IMG/VR virus record: IMGVR_UViG_3300013125_000002
Length of the DNA stretch: 64,000 bases
From: a virus
Reading direction: 5' to 3' (one strand)
Positions within the stretch are counted from its first letter, which is position 1. Each line of letters opens with the position of its first letter. Shown here in pieces: positions 40,538 through 47,951 of the stretch. The translations under genes and the position numbers were made by a program. The notes beneath the pieces are model-generated. The model was not told where the DNA came from and did not search any database. It was given only the letters and a program-made list of their open reading frames with translations.

Positions 40538-40813
40538 TCAGAGGACCAGCTCGAGAAGACTCACACGTGGCCAATAGAGCTTGGGTCTGGCCTTGGAGCC
40601 AGGCAGAGCCGGGACCTGAACAAGATAGCTGTCATGATCTCGAGACAGGCTCCTCGGATCGACTGAATCCGAGTACTTCACCCGCTCGTCACTCGTGACA
40701 CCAGGCTTCTCATGAGCAGGAACAACCCGAACGACCGTTCCCACCTTGGTCTTCGTGCTCCCTGCGGCCTGGCTTTGCCATCCCACTCGATCTCCCACCT
40801 TGAAGGTCTTCAT
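40538..40813 (-). CDS. SH3-like small protein
   Basis: FKVGDRV..GTVV..SYLV..YWPR. Confidence 0.6.
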   Translation of the reverse strand: MKTFKVGDRVGWQSQAAGSTKTKVGTVVRVVPAHEKPGVTSDERVKYSDSVDPRSLSRDHDSYLVQVPALPGSKARPKLYWPRVSLLELVL

Positions 40814-41106
40814 AGTCGTCTCTCCTCATCAATCTTCTTGTTCAAGATCCGCGCTGTTTGCCATCCAACTACACATTTCGGATCAACTGGCCGCGAATGA
40901 CGAGACCGCTTGGGCCATGCAGTGGTCCACAGATCAAGTACATCCTTCCGAAAGACTCGAGTCCGCCAAGACCACCGGCCTGGATTGGGGTACGGAATCC
41001 AAAAGGTCACATTGTAGGCGTACTCGTCTGCCCCAAGAACGATGGCCAAGTAGCCATCTCGGAACCATCTTCTGATCTTGAGAATCGAGTAGCGCGGATA
41101 GGTCAT
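40810..41106 (-). CDS. Hypothetical protein
   Basis: 98 aa, first gene after promoter motif copy 2. Confidence 0.5.
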   Translation of the reverse strand: MTYPRYSILKIRRWFRDGYLAIVLGADEYAYNVTFWIPYPNPGRWSWRTRVFRKDVLDLWTTAWPKRSRHSRPVDPKCVVGWQTARILNKKIDEERRL

Positions 41107-41160
41107 CAGTTCAACTGAGACTCGGGTTTCCGTTCAAGGTTGTTCTCTGCCCCTACTATC

Positions 41161-41192
41161 TATAATACGAAGATGACCTATCCGTCGGACAC
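41161..41192 (-). promoter_or_regulatory. Phage-specific promoter motif copy 2
   Basis: GTGTC-N16-TTCGTATTATA. Confidence 0.7.
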
Positions 41193-41275
41193 CTTGCGCT
41201 TACGAATCCAACGGACAAGAGCAGAGATACCCAACAGGGTCAGCAGCACTTCAAATCCCCCACACAGACAAAGGA

Positions 41276-41581
41276 TCACTCTTCTGCCTCCTTAGCCCGA
41301 GCTGCATCTTCCCTACGGGCTTCAGTCCAATGAACCCGGGATGCAACTCGGACAGACTGCTCAGCAATATCTGCCAGTCTGATCAATGCATTGCCTCTCT
41401 CCCAAGCAGACATTGCTCGAAAGAAGTTGATCAAGCTTGCGTACTGTTCTGGGAGTCCGACAGTAGTCGAGAGAGGATCACAAAGATATGCAATCAGCCA
41501 GAGTGCTTTACTTCCATCATCTGCTGTGAGTCCCTCGAAGCTAGAAACCCACACCTCAACTTGAGTGCGATCATATCCCAT
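41276..41581 (-). CDS. Hypothetical protein
   Basis: 101 aa. Confidence 0.5.
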   Translation of the reverse strand: MGYDRTQVEVWVSSFEGLTADDGSKALWLIAYLCDPLSTTVGLPEQYASLINFFRAMSAWERGNALIRLADIAEQSVRVASRVHWTEARREDAARAKEAEE

Positions 41582-41673
41582 TCGTCACCCCGATGATTTG
41601 GTTACAGTCTCAAAATCATCGGAGAGAGTCAAGCTGATCTTGTAGAGGGAGGATTCTAGAACTTATGAAAAAA

Positions 41674-41754
41674 CGGAAGGCGGAGGAATCGAACCCCAGG
41701 TCTTGCGGCCTCCACCGGGTTCAAGCCGGCTTTGCCACCATGGCGGCGCCTTCC
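41674..41754 (-). tRNA. tRNA-Ser(UGA), 8/4 allo-tRNA type
   Basis: 8-bp acceptor GGAAGGCG/CGCCTTCC, 4-bp T stem, loop CTTGAAC, long V arm, G73. Confidence 0.8.
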
Positions 41755-41978
41755 AAACCCTGAAGCCTTTCAGCCCACTGCTCCATAGCTCGCATCGCTA
41801 ATTGCAGATCAGTGAACTGGGCGTCGAGGGTCAATGTCCACTCGGGGTGCTTGACGATCCCCCGATACTTGATCCCGTCTCCGTACCAAGGTTGCACAAA
41901 AAGAGTCAGAGTAGCAACCCTAGCAATCCATGGTAGCTGGCCAACACCAGTAGGTTGCTGCCAGTCCAGCTTGGCCAC
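41721..41978 (-). CDS. Hypothetical protein (3' end overlaps tRNA-Ser)
   Basis: 85 aa, start abuts HNH stop. Confidence 0.45.
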   Translation of the reverse strand: MAKLDWQQPTGVGQLPWIARVATLTLFVQPWYGDGIKYRGIVKHPEWTLTLDAQFTDLQLAMRAMEQWAERLQGLEGAAMVAKPA

Positions 41979-42487
41979 TATGGCACCAACTCAGCGGTCC
42001 AGTACTCTCGCCACTCGACAGGAATCGAGTCCACCTCCCGCAGAGCCACATTGAAGACAGGAACCCATGTCGGTCTCACAGGCTGTGCCCGAAGGGTCAT
42101 TCCTGCCTCACGAAGAGTCAGGTCAGCCTTCTTGTGGTTGCAGCTCTGGCAAGCCATGACGATGTTCTCCCACTCGGTCTTGCCACCCCGAGACTTCGGG
42201 ATGACGTGATCGAAGGTCAGAACTACATCCTTGCCATGGGCTCCACAGTACTGGCAGCGGAACCTATCCCGGGCGAGGACATTCTGACGAGAGAACTTGA
42301 TCCTCTTCTTCTTGGCGTCGATGGCATGCGTGATCCTCACAACCGCCGGCATGCCGACGTTGAAGTGAACCTCACGCCCGTACTCCTCGAGCACCTCTAC
42401 CTTGTTCTTGGCAAGGTAGGCCATCGCCCGTTGCCAGGGCACAGTGTTGATCGGCTGGTACCCCTGATCTAAGACTAAGGTTTGCAC
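41978..42487 (-). CDS. HNH endonuclease (McrA-like)
   Basis: FSRQNVLARDRFRCQYCG..TFDHVIPKSRGG..WENIVMACQSCNHKK; start set at GTG of MQTLVL. Confidence 0.9.
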   Translation of the reverse strand: MQTLVLDQGYQPINTVPWQRAMAYLAKNKVEVLEEYGREVHFNVGMPAVVRITHAIDAKKKRIKFSRQNVLARDRFRCQYCGAHGKDVVLTFDHVIPKSRGGKTEWENIVMACQSCNHKKADLTLREAGMTLRAQPVRPTWVPVFNVALREVDSIPVEWREYWTAELVP

Positions 42488-42529
42488 GAGATCACCTGTG
42501 AACAGTTGGTCATGGTCGATTGTACCAGA

Positions 42530-42604
42530 TAGAGCGGGTCGGATTCGAACCGACACTGTCCGGAGTTTGAAGCCGGGGCCTCCTACCCGTTGGGCTACCG
42601 CTCC
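42530..42604 (-). tRNA. tRNA-Leu(CAA), short variable loop
   Basis: Cloverleaf, loop TTCAAAC, 31:39 mismatch. Confidence 0.75.
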
Positions 42605-42608
42605 ATAA

Positions 42609-42684
42609 TACCAGGGATGGGATTCGAACCCACACTGCCGAGATCCTTAGTCTCGTGCCTCCTACCAAGTTGGGCTACCCTGGC
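42609..42684 (-). tRNA. tRNA-Leu(AAG), short variable loop
   Basis: CGAGA-CTAAGGA-TCTCG. Confidence 0.85.
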
Positions 42685-42688
42685 ATAG

Positions 42689-42762
42689 TCGGGATGACTG
42701 GATTTGAACCAGTGACCTCTTGGACCCCATCCAAGCGTTCTTCCAGGCTGAACTACATCCCG
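42689..42762 (-). tRNA. tRNA-Pro(GGG)
   Basis: CTTGG-ATGGGGT-CCAAG. Confidence 0.9.
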
Positions 42763-42766
42763 TTAG

Positions 42767-42840
42767 TACCCCCGACGCGGCTCGAACGCGCACTTGATCT
42801 CCTTTTAGGGGAGAGCCTCTTCCTCTTGGGCTACAGGGGT
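42767..42840 (-). tRNA. tRNA-Leu(UAA), short variable loop
   Basis: TCTCC-CCTAAAA-GGAGA. Confidence 0.8.
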
Positions 42841-42846
42841 AGAAAC

Positions 42847-42878
42847 TCCCACCTCTGCCAGCGATAACAGAGGTGGGA
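42847..42878 (-). terminator. Hairpin after Ro60 gene (terminator or processing stem)
   Basis: TCCCACCTCTG...CAGAGGTGGGA. Confidence 0.5.
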
Positions 42879-42885
42879 TCAGAAC

Positions 42886-44538
42886 TTACTGCTTGGCGAA
42901 TTCGCTGATCAGGTTAGGTGCTGCTGTGTCAAACCCGACCACATCCAGCATCCCTGCGTCATCAGGATCAGCAATCGTGAAGTTGTTGGCTACCATCCCC
43001 ACGACTACAAGCTTGGCTGGAATGCCCATCTTCTGCCGATATTGCTGAAGAGCCTGCACCGGCTGAATCTCCCCAGCCCACGTCTCCGAGTCAGTGTAGA
43101 TCTCGAAGAGGTCAACTGGGATCTTGTGCTTTGCTGCATCCAACATTGGCAGCGCACAATCAGTACCACCGAATGACAGCCTCTCCGTGTACCGACAGAT
43201 GTCGTCGAGCCTCATCGTGGGGCTGATCTTCAGCGTCGTGATTGCATTACCTTCGTACCCAAGGCCATGCAATGATGCTCTGCCGCTGGTGAAGCCCTTG
43301 ATCACCCACTGCTGCTCCACCCGTGCCCTCACCATCGCCATTGCTGACGAAGCTACTCGAGGTGTCAGTCCCATAACTCCTGCCACCATCCCACCACCCA
43401 TCGACCCCGAGACATCGAGTGCCAGGTAATGACGCTTGCCAGTCGGCTCCACAGCCCAGAAGGACACGTAGAACGACTCGTTGAGAGCGTCAACTACCTG
43501 CTGGACCAGGTCCCAGGTATTGCTGCCCCGAAGCCCATGACCCGCCGAGTAGGTCAGCATCGCTGTCAGCACCTGGATCGGATGCACCCTTGCCTTCTTG
43601 AGCTGCTCCAGATCGACCAGTCGCTTCGCCACCTCACCAACTGCTAATGCCATTGGCTTGAGCAGCCCAACCCGCGTCATGGTAGCCAGGTTCCGCAGAA
43701 GAGCCGTCAGCCCCAGGCTAGGAAGCATCGCCTCCCAGACCTCGGCGTGATTCAGCATCTCCGTTGGAATCGCTTCCCGAGGCAACCGGTAGTCCTGGAT
43801 CAGCTTGACCATCTCCTTGACGCTGGTGATGGTCTTGGCCTTCTCGAACGCCCAGATGACTCGAGCTGCCTCCGGCACTGCACCAACCTCTGGTAGGTCG
43901 TTCTCCTTGCCCTTGACCATCCAGCGGACGACCGTCTGGTGGTCTGAAGAGCCTGGCTTGACGTGTGCCAGCCTAAGCACGTCTCGATGTGACCAGCCAT
44001 CACGGGCCTGGTACTTGACCGTCTGGTACGCCACATCCTTCGCCTGTTGCTCGTTGTACCAGCGAGCAATCGCCCGACGGGCTCCTGGACCCCAGCCACC
44101 GAAGGCCTGCATCGCCTCGCAAAAGTGGAAGAGGTGTGTTCCGATCCGGCAGACCTTCGGCAGAGCCTGGTAGGCTGCTTGCTTGGTCTCGACATTCCCA
44201 AGCTTGGCTGCCATCGCCAATGCAAAGATCGCCGGATCGTTCTTCGGTGCTCTTCCTGCATCGGAGATGTCAGTGATCAACTTGACCAGGCGAACGCCAT
44301 CAGCCTTGATGCACCGCTCGATGGCCTTGGCGTTCTCCTTGGTGAGCTTACGCTCGGTGGCATAGTAGCTCCCACCCTCACTCCCGAGGATCAGGAACCG
44401 CTGTGCCTGCACCCAGATGTCGACTGGGAAAGTGACTCCCCCTGCCGAGTTCTCCACCATGTCGTTCTCACGACCTGGGATCACCTCGTTCTGCGGAGTC
44501 TGCCGACGGTTGACGTGGGACGAGTACTGAACGGGCAT
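42886..44538 (-). CDS. rsr: Ro60/TROVE-domain RNA-binding protein with vWA domain
   Basis: ENSAGG..RFLILGSEGGSYY, VKYQARDGWSHRDVLRLAH, ALDVSGSM, GGTDCALPM, YTDSETW, MLDVVGFD. Confidence 0.95.
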   Translation of the reverse strand: MPVQYSSHVNRRQTPQNEVIPGRENDMVENSAGGVTFPVDIWVQAQRFLILGSEGGSYYATERKLTKENAKAIERCIKADGVRLVKLITDISDAGRAPKNDPAIFALAMAAKLGNVETKQAAYQALPKVCRIGTHLFHFCEAMQAFGGWGPGARRAIARWYNEQQAKDVAYQTVKYQARDGWSHRDVLRLAHVKPGSSDHQTVVRWMVKGKENDLPEVGAVPEAARVIWAFEKAKTITSVKEMVKLIQDYRLPREAIPTEMLNHAEVWEAMLPSLGLTALLRNLATMTRVGLLKPMALAVGEVAKRLVDLEQLKKARVHPIQVLTAMLTYSAGHGLRGSNTWDLVQQVVDALNESFYVSFWAVEPTGKRHYLALDVSGSMGGGMVAGVMGLTPRVASSAMAMVRARVEQQWVIKGFTSGRASLHGLGYEGNAITTLKISPTMRLDDICRYTERLSFGGTDCALPMLDAAKHKIPVDLFEIYTDSETWAGEIQPVQALQQYRQKMGIPAKLVVVGMVANNFTIADPDDAGMLDVVGFDTAAPNLISEFAKQ

Positions 44539-44578
44539 GTGACCCCTCCTTACCGGCCCTCACTAAGAGAGCAAAAAT

Positions 44579-44643
44579 GATGAGCAAGTTGTTGCCGCTA
44601 GGGTGGCTTCACCAAAGAGGTAACCTAGAAGCTCCGGCCCATC
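44579..44643 (-). ncRNA. Minimal Y-RNA-like gene 1
   Basis: GATGGGCCGG..GGTTAC..CTTGCTCATC bulged-helix Ro-binding motif, directly upstream of rsr. Confidence 0.7.
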
Positions 44644-44645
44644 GG

Positions 44646-44765
44646 TTCATCAGAACAGCTAGCGCCTCAGCGAGGTTGGTGATCCTTGGAGTGCCTTTCG
44701 GCCATATCTCAGCATTGGTAGATAACCAAAGATCATTCGGCCAAGGAGCTAGCTATTCCGATGAA
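44646..44765 (-). ncRNA. Y-RNA-like gene 2 within a long closing stem
   Basis: GGCCGAATGATC.TTGGTTATC..CCAAGGATCA..CTCGCT. Confidence 0.7.
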
Positions 44766-44811
44766 GTAATCCTCATATGTTCACAGTACGTCAGACTTGT
44801 CAACCACAAAG

Positions 44812-44885
44812 TGGCAGCAGCTGGTAACGATCCAGCAATCTTTCGGTTATGAGCCGAATGAGGAGACCATCTCCTCCCTGCTGCC
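44812..44885 (-). tRNA. tRNA-Met(CAU), atypical D arm and T loop
   Basis: TTCGG-CTCATAA-CCGAA; T loop ATCGTTA. Confidence 0.7.
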
Positions 44886-44890
44886 ATGGG

Positions 44891-44969
44891 TGCGAGGAGA
44901 GGGAATCGAACCCTCACGCCGAAGCGATAGCTCCTAAGGCTACTGCGTCTACCATTCCGCCATCCTCGC
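44891..44969 (-). tRNA. tRNA-Leu(UAG)
   Basis: GTAGC-CTTAGGA-GCTAT, V arm present. Confidence 0.9.
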
Positions 44970-44970
44970 A

Positions 44971-45048
44971 TGGTACCCCCGGCAGGACTTGAACCTGCAA
45001 GTCTCTCGGTTCGTAGCCGAGTGTCCTAATCCATTAGACGACGGGGGC
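44971..45048 (-). tRNA. tRNA-Arg(ACG)
   Basis: CTCGG-CTACGAA-CCGAG, CCA encoded. Confidence 0.92.
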
Positions 45049-45063
45049 GTAGGTAGTAGGCGG

Positions 45064-45135
45064 TTGGCCCAGTCGGATTTGAACCGACGACTCCCAGCTT
45101 GTAAGGCTAGTACTCTTCCACTGAGTTATGGGCCA
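45064..45135 (-). tRNA. tRNA-Val(UAC)
   Basis: CTAGC-CTTACAA-GCTGG; overlaps HNH stop. Confidence 0.85.
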
Positions 45136-45511
45136 AAACACACTTCTGCATTCTGTACCTAGCAACTTCTAATCGATGAGCTTCAGTGCATCGCACGCAA
45201 CGGCATGGTGCGGTTTCACTGCGGTATCTGGTGTCAGTCCCATGTGGGGAAAGACGCTGTAGTCGAGTAGCCTCTTTGTGACACTCCCCACACAACACCA
45301 CACACTTCTTCAACTCCAACTCCCGTCGTTGTTTGGACCAAGACCAAATTCGGTGAGACACTTTCTTGGTCGGGTCTTTGTGATGCACCTCTAGTTGATC
45401 CTCTGATCCGCACCCAACACATGGACCATGCTCTTTAATCCATGCATTACGGTTTTCTGACTTCCATCGGAGTTGGTATTGTTTACGTTCCTCTGGATCT
45501 TTGTAAGGCAT
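45107..45511 (-). mobile_element. Free-standing HNH homing endonuclease
   Basis: CVGCGS..LEVHHKDP..KCVVLCGECH, HGT..Y..CRC..C; ATG lies inside a tRNA-Val 5' half. Confidence 0.85.
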
Positions 45512-45538
45512 GCGCTCTTCCAGTTGAGCTAACCGCCC
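45501..45538 (-). pseudogene. 5' half of a disrupted tRNA-Val(UAC)
   Basis: GGGCGGTTAGCTCAACTGGAAGAGCGCATGCCTTACAA with no matching 3' half adjacent. Confidence 0.8.
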
Positions 45539-45705
45539 ACAGGACAATCCTGCTGCACGAGTGAAGGCTTGATCTCAACCTTCACACGCTGATGGAGAGT
45601 GAGCTTCTGGCACTTGCCCAGACACTTCAGGGGTACCTGATCCTTGTCGCTCCATCGCTCCCATCTCTGTACATTCCCACACTTCGTACACCTGAACTCT
45701 TCCAT
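45529..45705 (-). CDS. 58-aa zinc-ribbon protein (not in ORF track)
   Basis: MEEFRCTKCG...KCLGKC; GGAGAGG RBS. Confidence 0.6.
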   Translation of the reverse strand: MEEFRCTKCGNVQRWERWSDKDQVPLKCLGKCQKLTLHQRVKVEIKPSLVQQDCPVGG

Positions 45706-45720
45706 GATCCTCTCCTTGAG

Positions 45721-45794
45721 TGGTCGTGATAGGATTTGAACCTATGACCTTCTGGGTGTGATCCAGATGTGCTTCCAGGCTACACCACACGACC
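45721..45794 (-). tRNA. tRNA-Val(CAC)
   Basis: TCTGG-ATCACAC-CCAGA. Confidence 0.88.
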
Positions 45795-45799
45795 GATAG

Positions 45800-45872
45800 T
45801 GCTGCTGGGAGGAATTGAACCTCCGTGTGCCGATTCCGGAGACCGGTGCGTTGTCCACTACGCTACAGCAGC
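45800..45872 (-). tRNA. tRNA-Arg(CCG)
   Basis: CCGGT-CTCCGGA-ATCGG. Confidence 0.88.
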
Positions 45873-45876
45873 TCAA

Positions 45877-45948
45877 TACCCCGACCCAGAATCGAACTGG
45901 GACTTGCGGTTTAGGAAACCGCCGTGATCTCCATTTCACTATCGGGGC
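45877..45948 (-). tRNA. tRNA-Arg(CCU)
   Basis: GCGGT-TTCCTAA-ACCGC. Confidence 0.9.
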
Positions 45949-45949
45949 A

Positions 45950-46021
45950 CACCACCGGAAGGAATCGAACCCTCGTCTTCCGGGTAGAAACCGGAGGCCC
46001 TGTCCATTAGACGACGGTGGC
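45950..46021 (-). tRNA. tRNA-Arg(UCU)
   Basis: TCCGG-TTTCTAC-CCGGA. Confidence 0.9.
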
Positions 46022-46026
46022 ACTAG

Positions 46027-46094
46027 AGGCGCCGGAGCGAGTTGAACGCTCCTCCACGGTTTTGCAGACCGTGTTGCTCCCGGAACGCAGCGCC
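46027..46094 (-). tRNA. tRNA-Cys(GCA), truncated D arm
   Basis: ACGGT-CTGCAAA-ACCGT, U73, 68 nt. Confidence 0.8.
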
Positions 46095-46098
46095 ATAC

Positions 46099-46169
46099 AG
46101 CTGGGCAAGGGATGATCTTAGGCATTGGTCAGATTAGAAGTCTGGTAACCTATGATCTTCGGCTCAGCT
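46099..46169 (-). ncRNA. Minimal Y-RNA-like gene 3
   Basis: AGCTGAGCCGAAGATC.TAGGTTAC..CCTAAGATC..CTTGCCCAGCT. Confidence 0.7.
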
Positions 46170-46172
46170 CGG

Positions 46173-46240
46173 CAGGTCACCGGAGACTCGAACTCCGCAA
46201 GCTGGGTTTTGGAGACCCGGCCGTACCCTGTACGTGACCC
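46173..46240 (-). tRNA. tRNA-Trp(CCA), truncated D arm
   Basis: GGGT-CTCCAAA-ACCC, G73, 68 nt. Confidence 0.8.
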
Positions 46241-46387
46241 ACGATGACCTCTGATCGCACCCACTCAACGCTGCCCCTGCACCTCGGGAATACAGATGAG
46301 AAAGTAACGATCAACCGGTGTGCTCTGGCCGAGGTCTCCGCCAGCCGGTAGAGGCGCGGATGTCATGCCTGACTCGCCTTCCTCTAG

Positions 46388-46460
46388 AGCCGCCACCGAG
46401 AATCGAACTCGGCCTTTCAGTTTACCAAACTGATGTCCCGACCACGTGGACCTTGGCGGC
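46388..46460 (-). tRNA. tRNA-Thr(GGU)
   Basis: TCAGT-TTGGTAA-ACTGA. Confidence 0.88.
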
Positions 46461-46467
46461 AAAACTT

Positions 46468-46540
46468 TGGAGCCAGCGAGGATCGAACTCGCAACCTCTG
46501 CCGTGCAAAGGCAGCGCTCTCCCAATTGAGCTATGACCCC
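46468..46540 (-). tRNA. tRNA-Ala(UGC)
   Basis: CTGCC-TTTGCAC-GGCAG, G3:U70. Confidence 0.92.
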
Positions 46541-46547
46541 GAGTCAG

Positions 46548-46650
46548 TGGAATGGCCAGGAGTTGAACCCAGCTCCCCTTAGGCAGCTCCTGCAAGCCAC
46601 CCATCAGGGATCGCGCCAAGTGGTGCAGGCCACCCTCTCGCGACACCCCA
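46548..46650 (-). ncRNA. tRNA-like RNA with acceptor stem and T arm but no canonical D or anticodon arm
   Basis: GGGGTG/CATTCC stem, GGGTTCAACTCC T loop, long internal hairpin. Confidence 0.55.
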
Positions 46651-46656
46651 TAACAG

Positions 46657-46728
46657 TGGGCACTACTGGAATCGAACCAGTGGTCTCCTGCGTGTCGAGC
46701 AGGTGTCTTTCCATTCGACCAAGCGCCC
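46657..46728 (-). tRNA. tRNA-Val(GAC)
   Basis: CCTGC-TCGACAC-GCAGG. Confidence 0.88.
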
Positions 46729-46731
46729 ATT

Positions 46732-46804
46732 TACTCCCAACGGGGTTCGAACCCGTGATCTCCGGCTTGAAAGGCCAGCGACTTGACCGCTCGTCCATGG
46801 GAGC
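46732..46804 (-). tRNA. tRNA-Glu(UUC)
   Basis: CTGGC-CTTTCAA-GCCGG. Confidence 0.9.
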
Positions 46805-46808
46805 ATAG

Positions 46809-46880
46809 TGATCCTGGAGGGAGTCGAACCCTCATTTCCTGATCGAGAGTCAGGTTGCCTACCGTTAGCAAGACAGGACC
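46809..46880 (-). tRNA. tRNA-Glu(CUC)
   Basis: CCTGA-CTCTCGA-TCAGG. Confidence 0.85.
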
Positions 46881-46881
46881 A

Positions 46882-46957
46882 TGGAGCTGGCTATCGGACT
46901 TGAACCGATCACCTGCTGCTTACAAGGCAGCTGCTCTACCGGATGGGCTAAGCCAGC
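46882..46957 (-). tRNA. tRNA-Thr(UGU)
   Basis: GCTGC-CTTGTAA-GCAGC, CCA encoded. Confidence 0.92.
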
Positions 46958-46962
46958 ACGAG

Positions 46963-47034
46963 AGCCCTCATTCGGAATCGAACCGAATTCTCGGCCTTAC
47001 GAGAGCCGCGCGTCACCATTTACGCTTTGAGGGC
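46963..47034 (-). tRNA. tRNA-Thr(CGU)
   Basis: CGGCT-CTCGTAA-GGCCG. Confidence 0.88.
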
Positions 47035-47069
47035 ATGACTCACCAACTTTGACCCCTTCGTTGGTGATC

Positions 47070-47150
47070 GCGCAGCCTTTACCAGTCTAGCCTTTCGGCA
47101 GCAAGCCGGACGAATCCGACACGATCTTGAGATCATCAGGGGCCCTGCGC
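47070..47150 (-). ncRNA. Orphan multibranch structured RNA
   Basis: GCGCAG/CTGCGC closing stem enclosing UUCG- and GAAA-capped hairpins. Confidence 0.5.
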
Positions 47151-47152
47151 AG

Positions 47153-47227
47153 TACCACCGAGAGGATTTGAACCTCCAACCTCCTCGACCTGAACGAGGC
47201 GCCTCTACCAAATTGGGCTACGGTGGC
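47153..47227 (-). tRNA. tRNA-Leu(CAG), short variable loop
   Basis: CCTCG-TTCAGGT-CGAGG. Confidence 0.88.
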
Positions 47228-47233
47228 ATGTAG

Positions 47234-47307
47234 TCGAGGTGGTCAGATTCGAACTGACGTGCTCCTGCTCCCGAAGCAGGCGAGGGACCAGACTCCTCTA
47301 CACCTCG
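47234..47307 (-). tRNA. tRNA-Pro(CGG)
   Basis: CCTGC-TTCGGGA-GCAGG. Confidence 0.88.
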
Positions 47308-47312
47308 ATAAG

Positions 47313-47384
47313 AGCGAGTGGAGGGAATTGAACCCTCGACCAACTGGTTGGAAGCCAGTGACTCTGCCACTGAGTTACACTCGC
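47313..47384 (-). tRNA. tRNA-Gly(UCC)
   Basis: ACTGG-CTTCCAA-CCAGT. Confidence 0.92.
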
Positions 47385-47393
47385 AAAGATCAA

Positions 47394-47465
47394 AGTGACC
47401 GGAGGGAGTTGAACCCTCTCTTCAGGCTTGGGAAGCCCGCGTGCCTCCGTGAACACCCCGGTCAC
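47394..47465 (-). tRNA. tRNA-Gly(CCC)
   Basis: CGGGC-TTCCCAA-GCCTG. Confidence 0.85.
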
Positions 47466-47471
47466 AAGTTA

Positions 47472-47558
47472 GGGCCGCCAACGATGAGGACTGGACTGAT
47501 CTTTCAGTGAGTCGACGGCACTGATTGACCAGGGTTGATCTCATCATTGGCTAAGCCC
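47472..47558 (-). ncRNA. Orphan rod-shaped RNA
   Basis: GCCAATGATGAG/CTCATCGTTGGC stem with internal loops. Confidence 0.45.
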
Positions 47559-47560
47559 AG

Positions 47561-47644
47561 CGGAGAGCCTGGGAATCGAACCCAGCGGGTCTTTCGGCCC
47601 TCCCGCGCTTCCAACGCGGTTGCGCACCTTGCTTCTCGCTCTCC
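47561..47644 (-). tRNA. tRNA-Ser(GGA)
   Basis: CCGCG-TTGGAAG-CGCGG, long V arm, atypical D arm. Confidence 0.82.
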
Positions 47645-47652
47645 AAGATCAG

Positions 47653-47734
47653 CGGAAGGTGCAGGAATCGAACCTGCTGCGTCTTTCGGCGCTGATGGCT
47701 TCAAACCACTCCCGTACCTTACGGGTCACCTTCC
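47653..47734 (-). tRNA. tRNA-Ser(UGA), 7/5 or 8/4 fold
   Basis: GTGG-TTTGAAG-CCAT, long V arm, G73. Confidence 0.8.
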
Positions 47735-47805
47735 AGCTAACCGATCTCCTCTGAGTCACAAAGAGTGTAGTCCTTGCGATTGACCATACTCAGCGAGATC
47801 GGCAA

Positions 47806-47877
47806 TGCAGCTGCCGGGAGTTGAACCCGGGCCTCAACCTTGGCAAGGTCGCATGCGGCCACCAACACTTCAGCTGC
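47806..47877 (-). tRNA. tRNA-Gly(GCC)
   Basis: CGACC-TTGCCAA-GGTTG. Confidence 0.88.
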
Positions 47878-47878
47878 G

Positions 47879-47950
47879 TAGCGGGAAAAGGAGTTGAACC
47901 TTGTCCTCTGGGTTATGAACCCAGCGTGCAGCCACTACACTATTCCCGCA
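47879..47950 (-). tRNA. Initiator tRNA-fMet(CAU)
   Basis: 1:72 mismatch, three G:C pairs in anticodon stem (CTGGG-TTCATAA-CCCAG). Confidence 0.82.
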
Positions 47951-47951
47951 G

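Noticed and set aside
42530-42604. Reading the loop as CTTCAAA (anticodon UCA; Sec or opal suppressor)
   Set aside because: The stem pairs only in the register giving TTCAAAC (CAA); the body resembles neighbouring Leu tRNAs and has no Sec-type long arms.
45064-45538. Group I intron in tRNA-Val
   Set aside because: The intervening DNA is almost entirely ORF, the halves would not form an anticodon stem, and the downstream tRNA is complete on its own.
46245-46650. Full-length tmRNA
   Set aside because: No ~350-nt unit or tag ORF. The 46245-46385 spacer could be a small ORF or RNA but I cannot support either.
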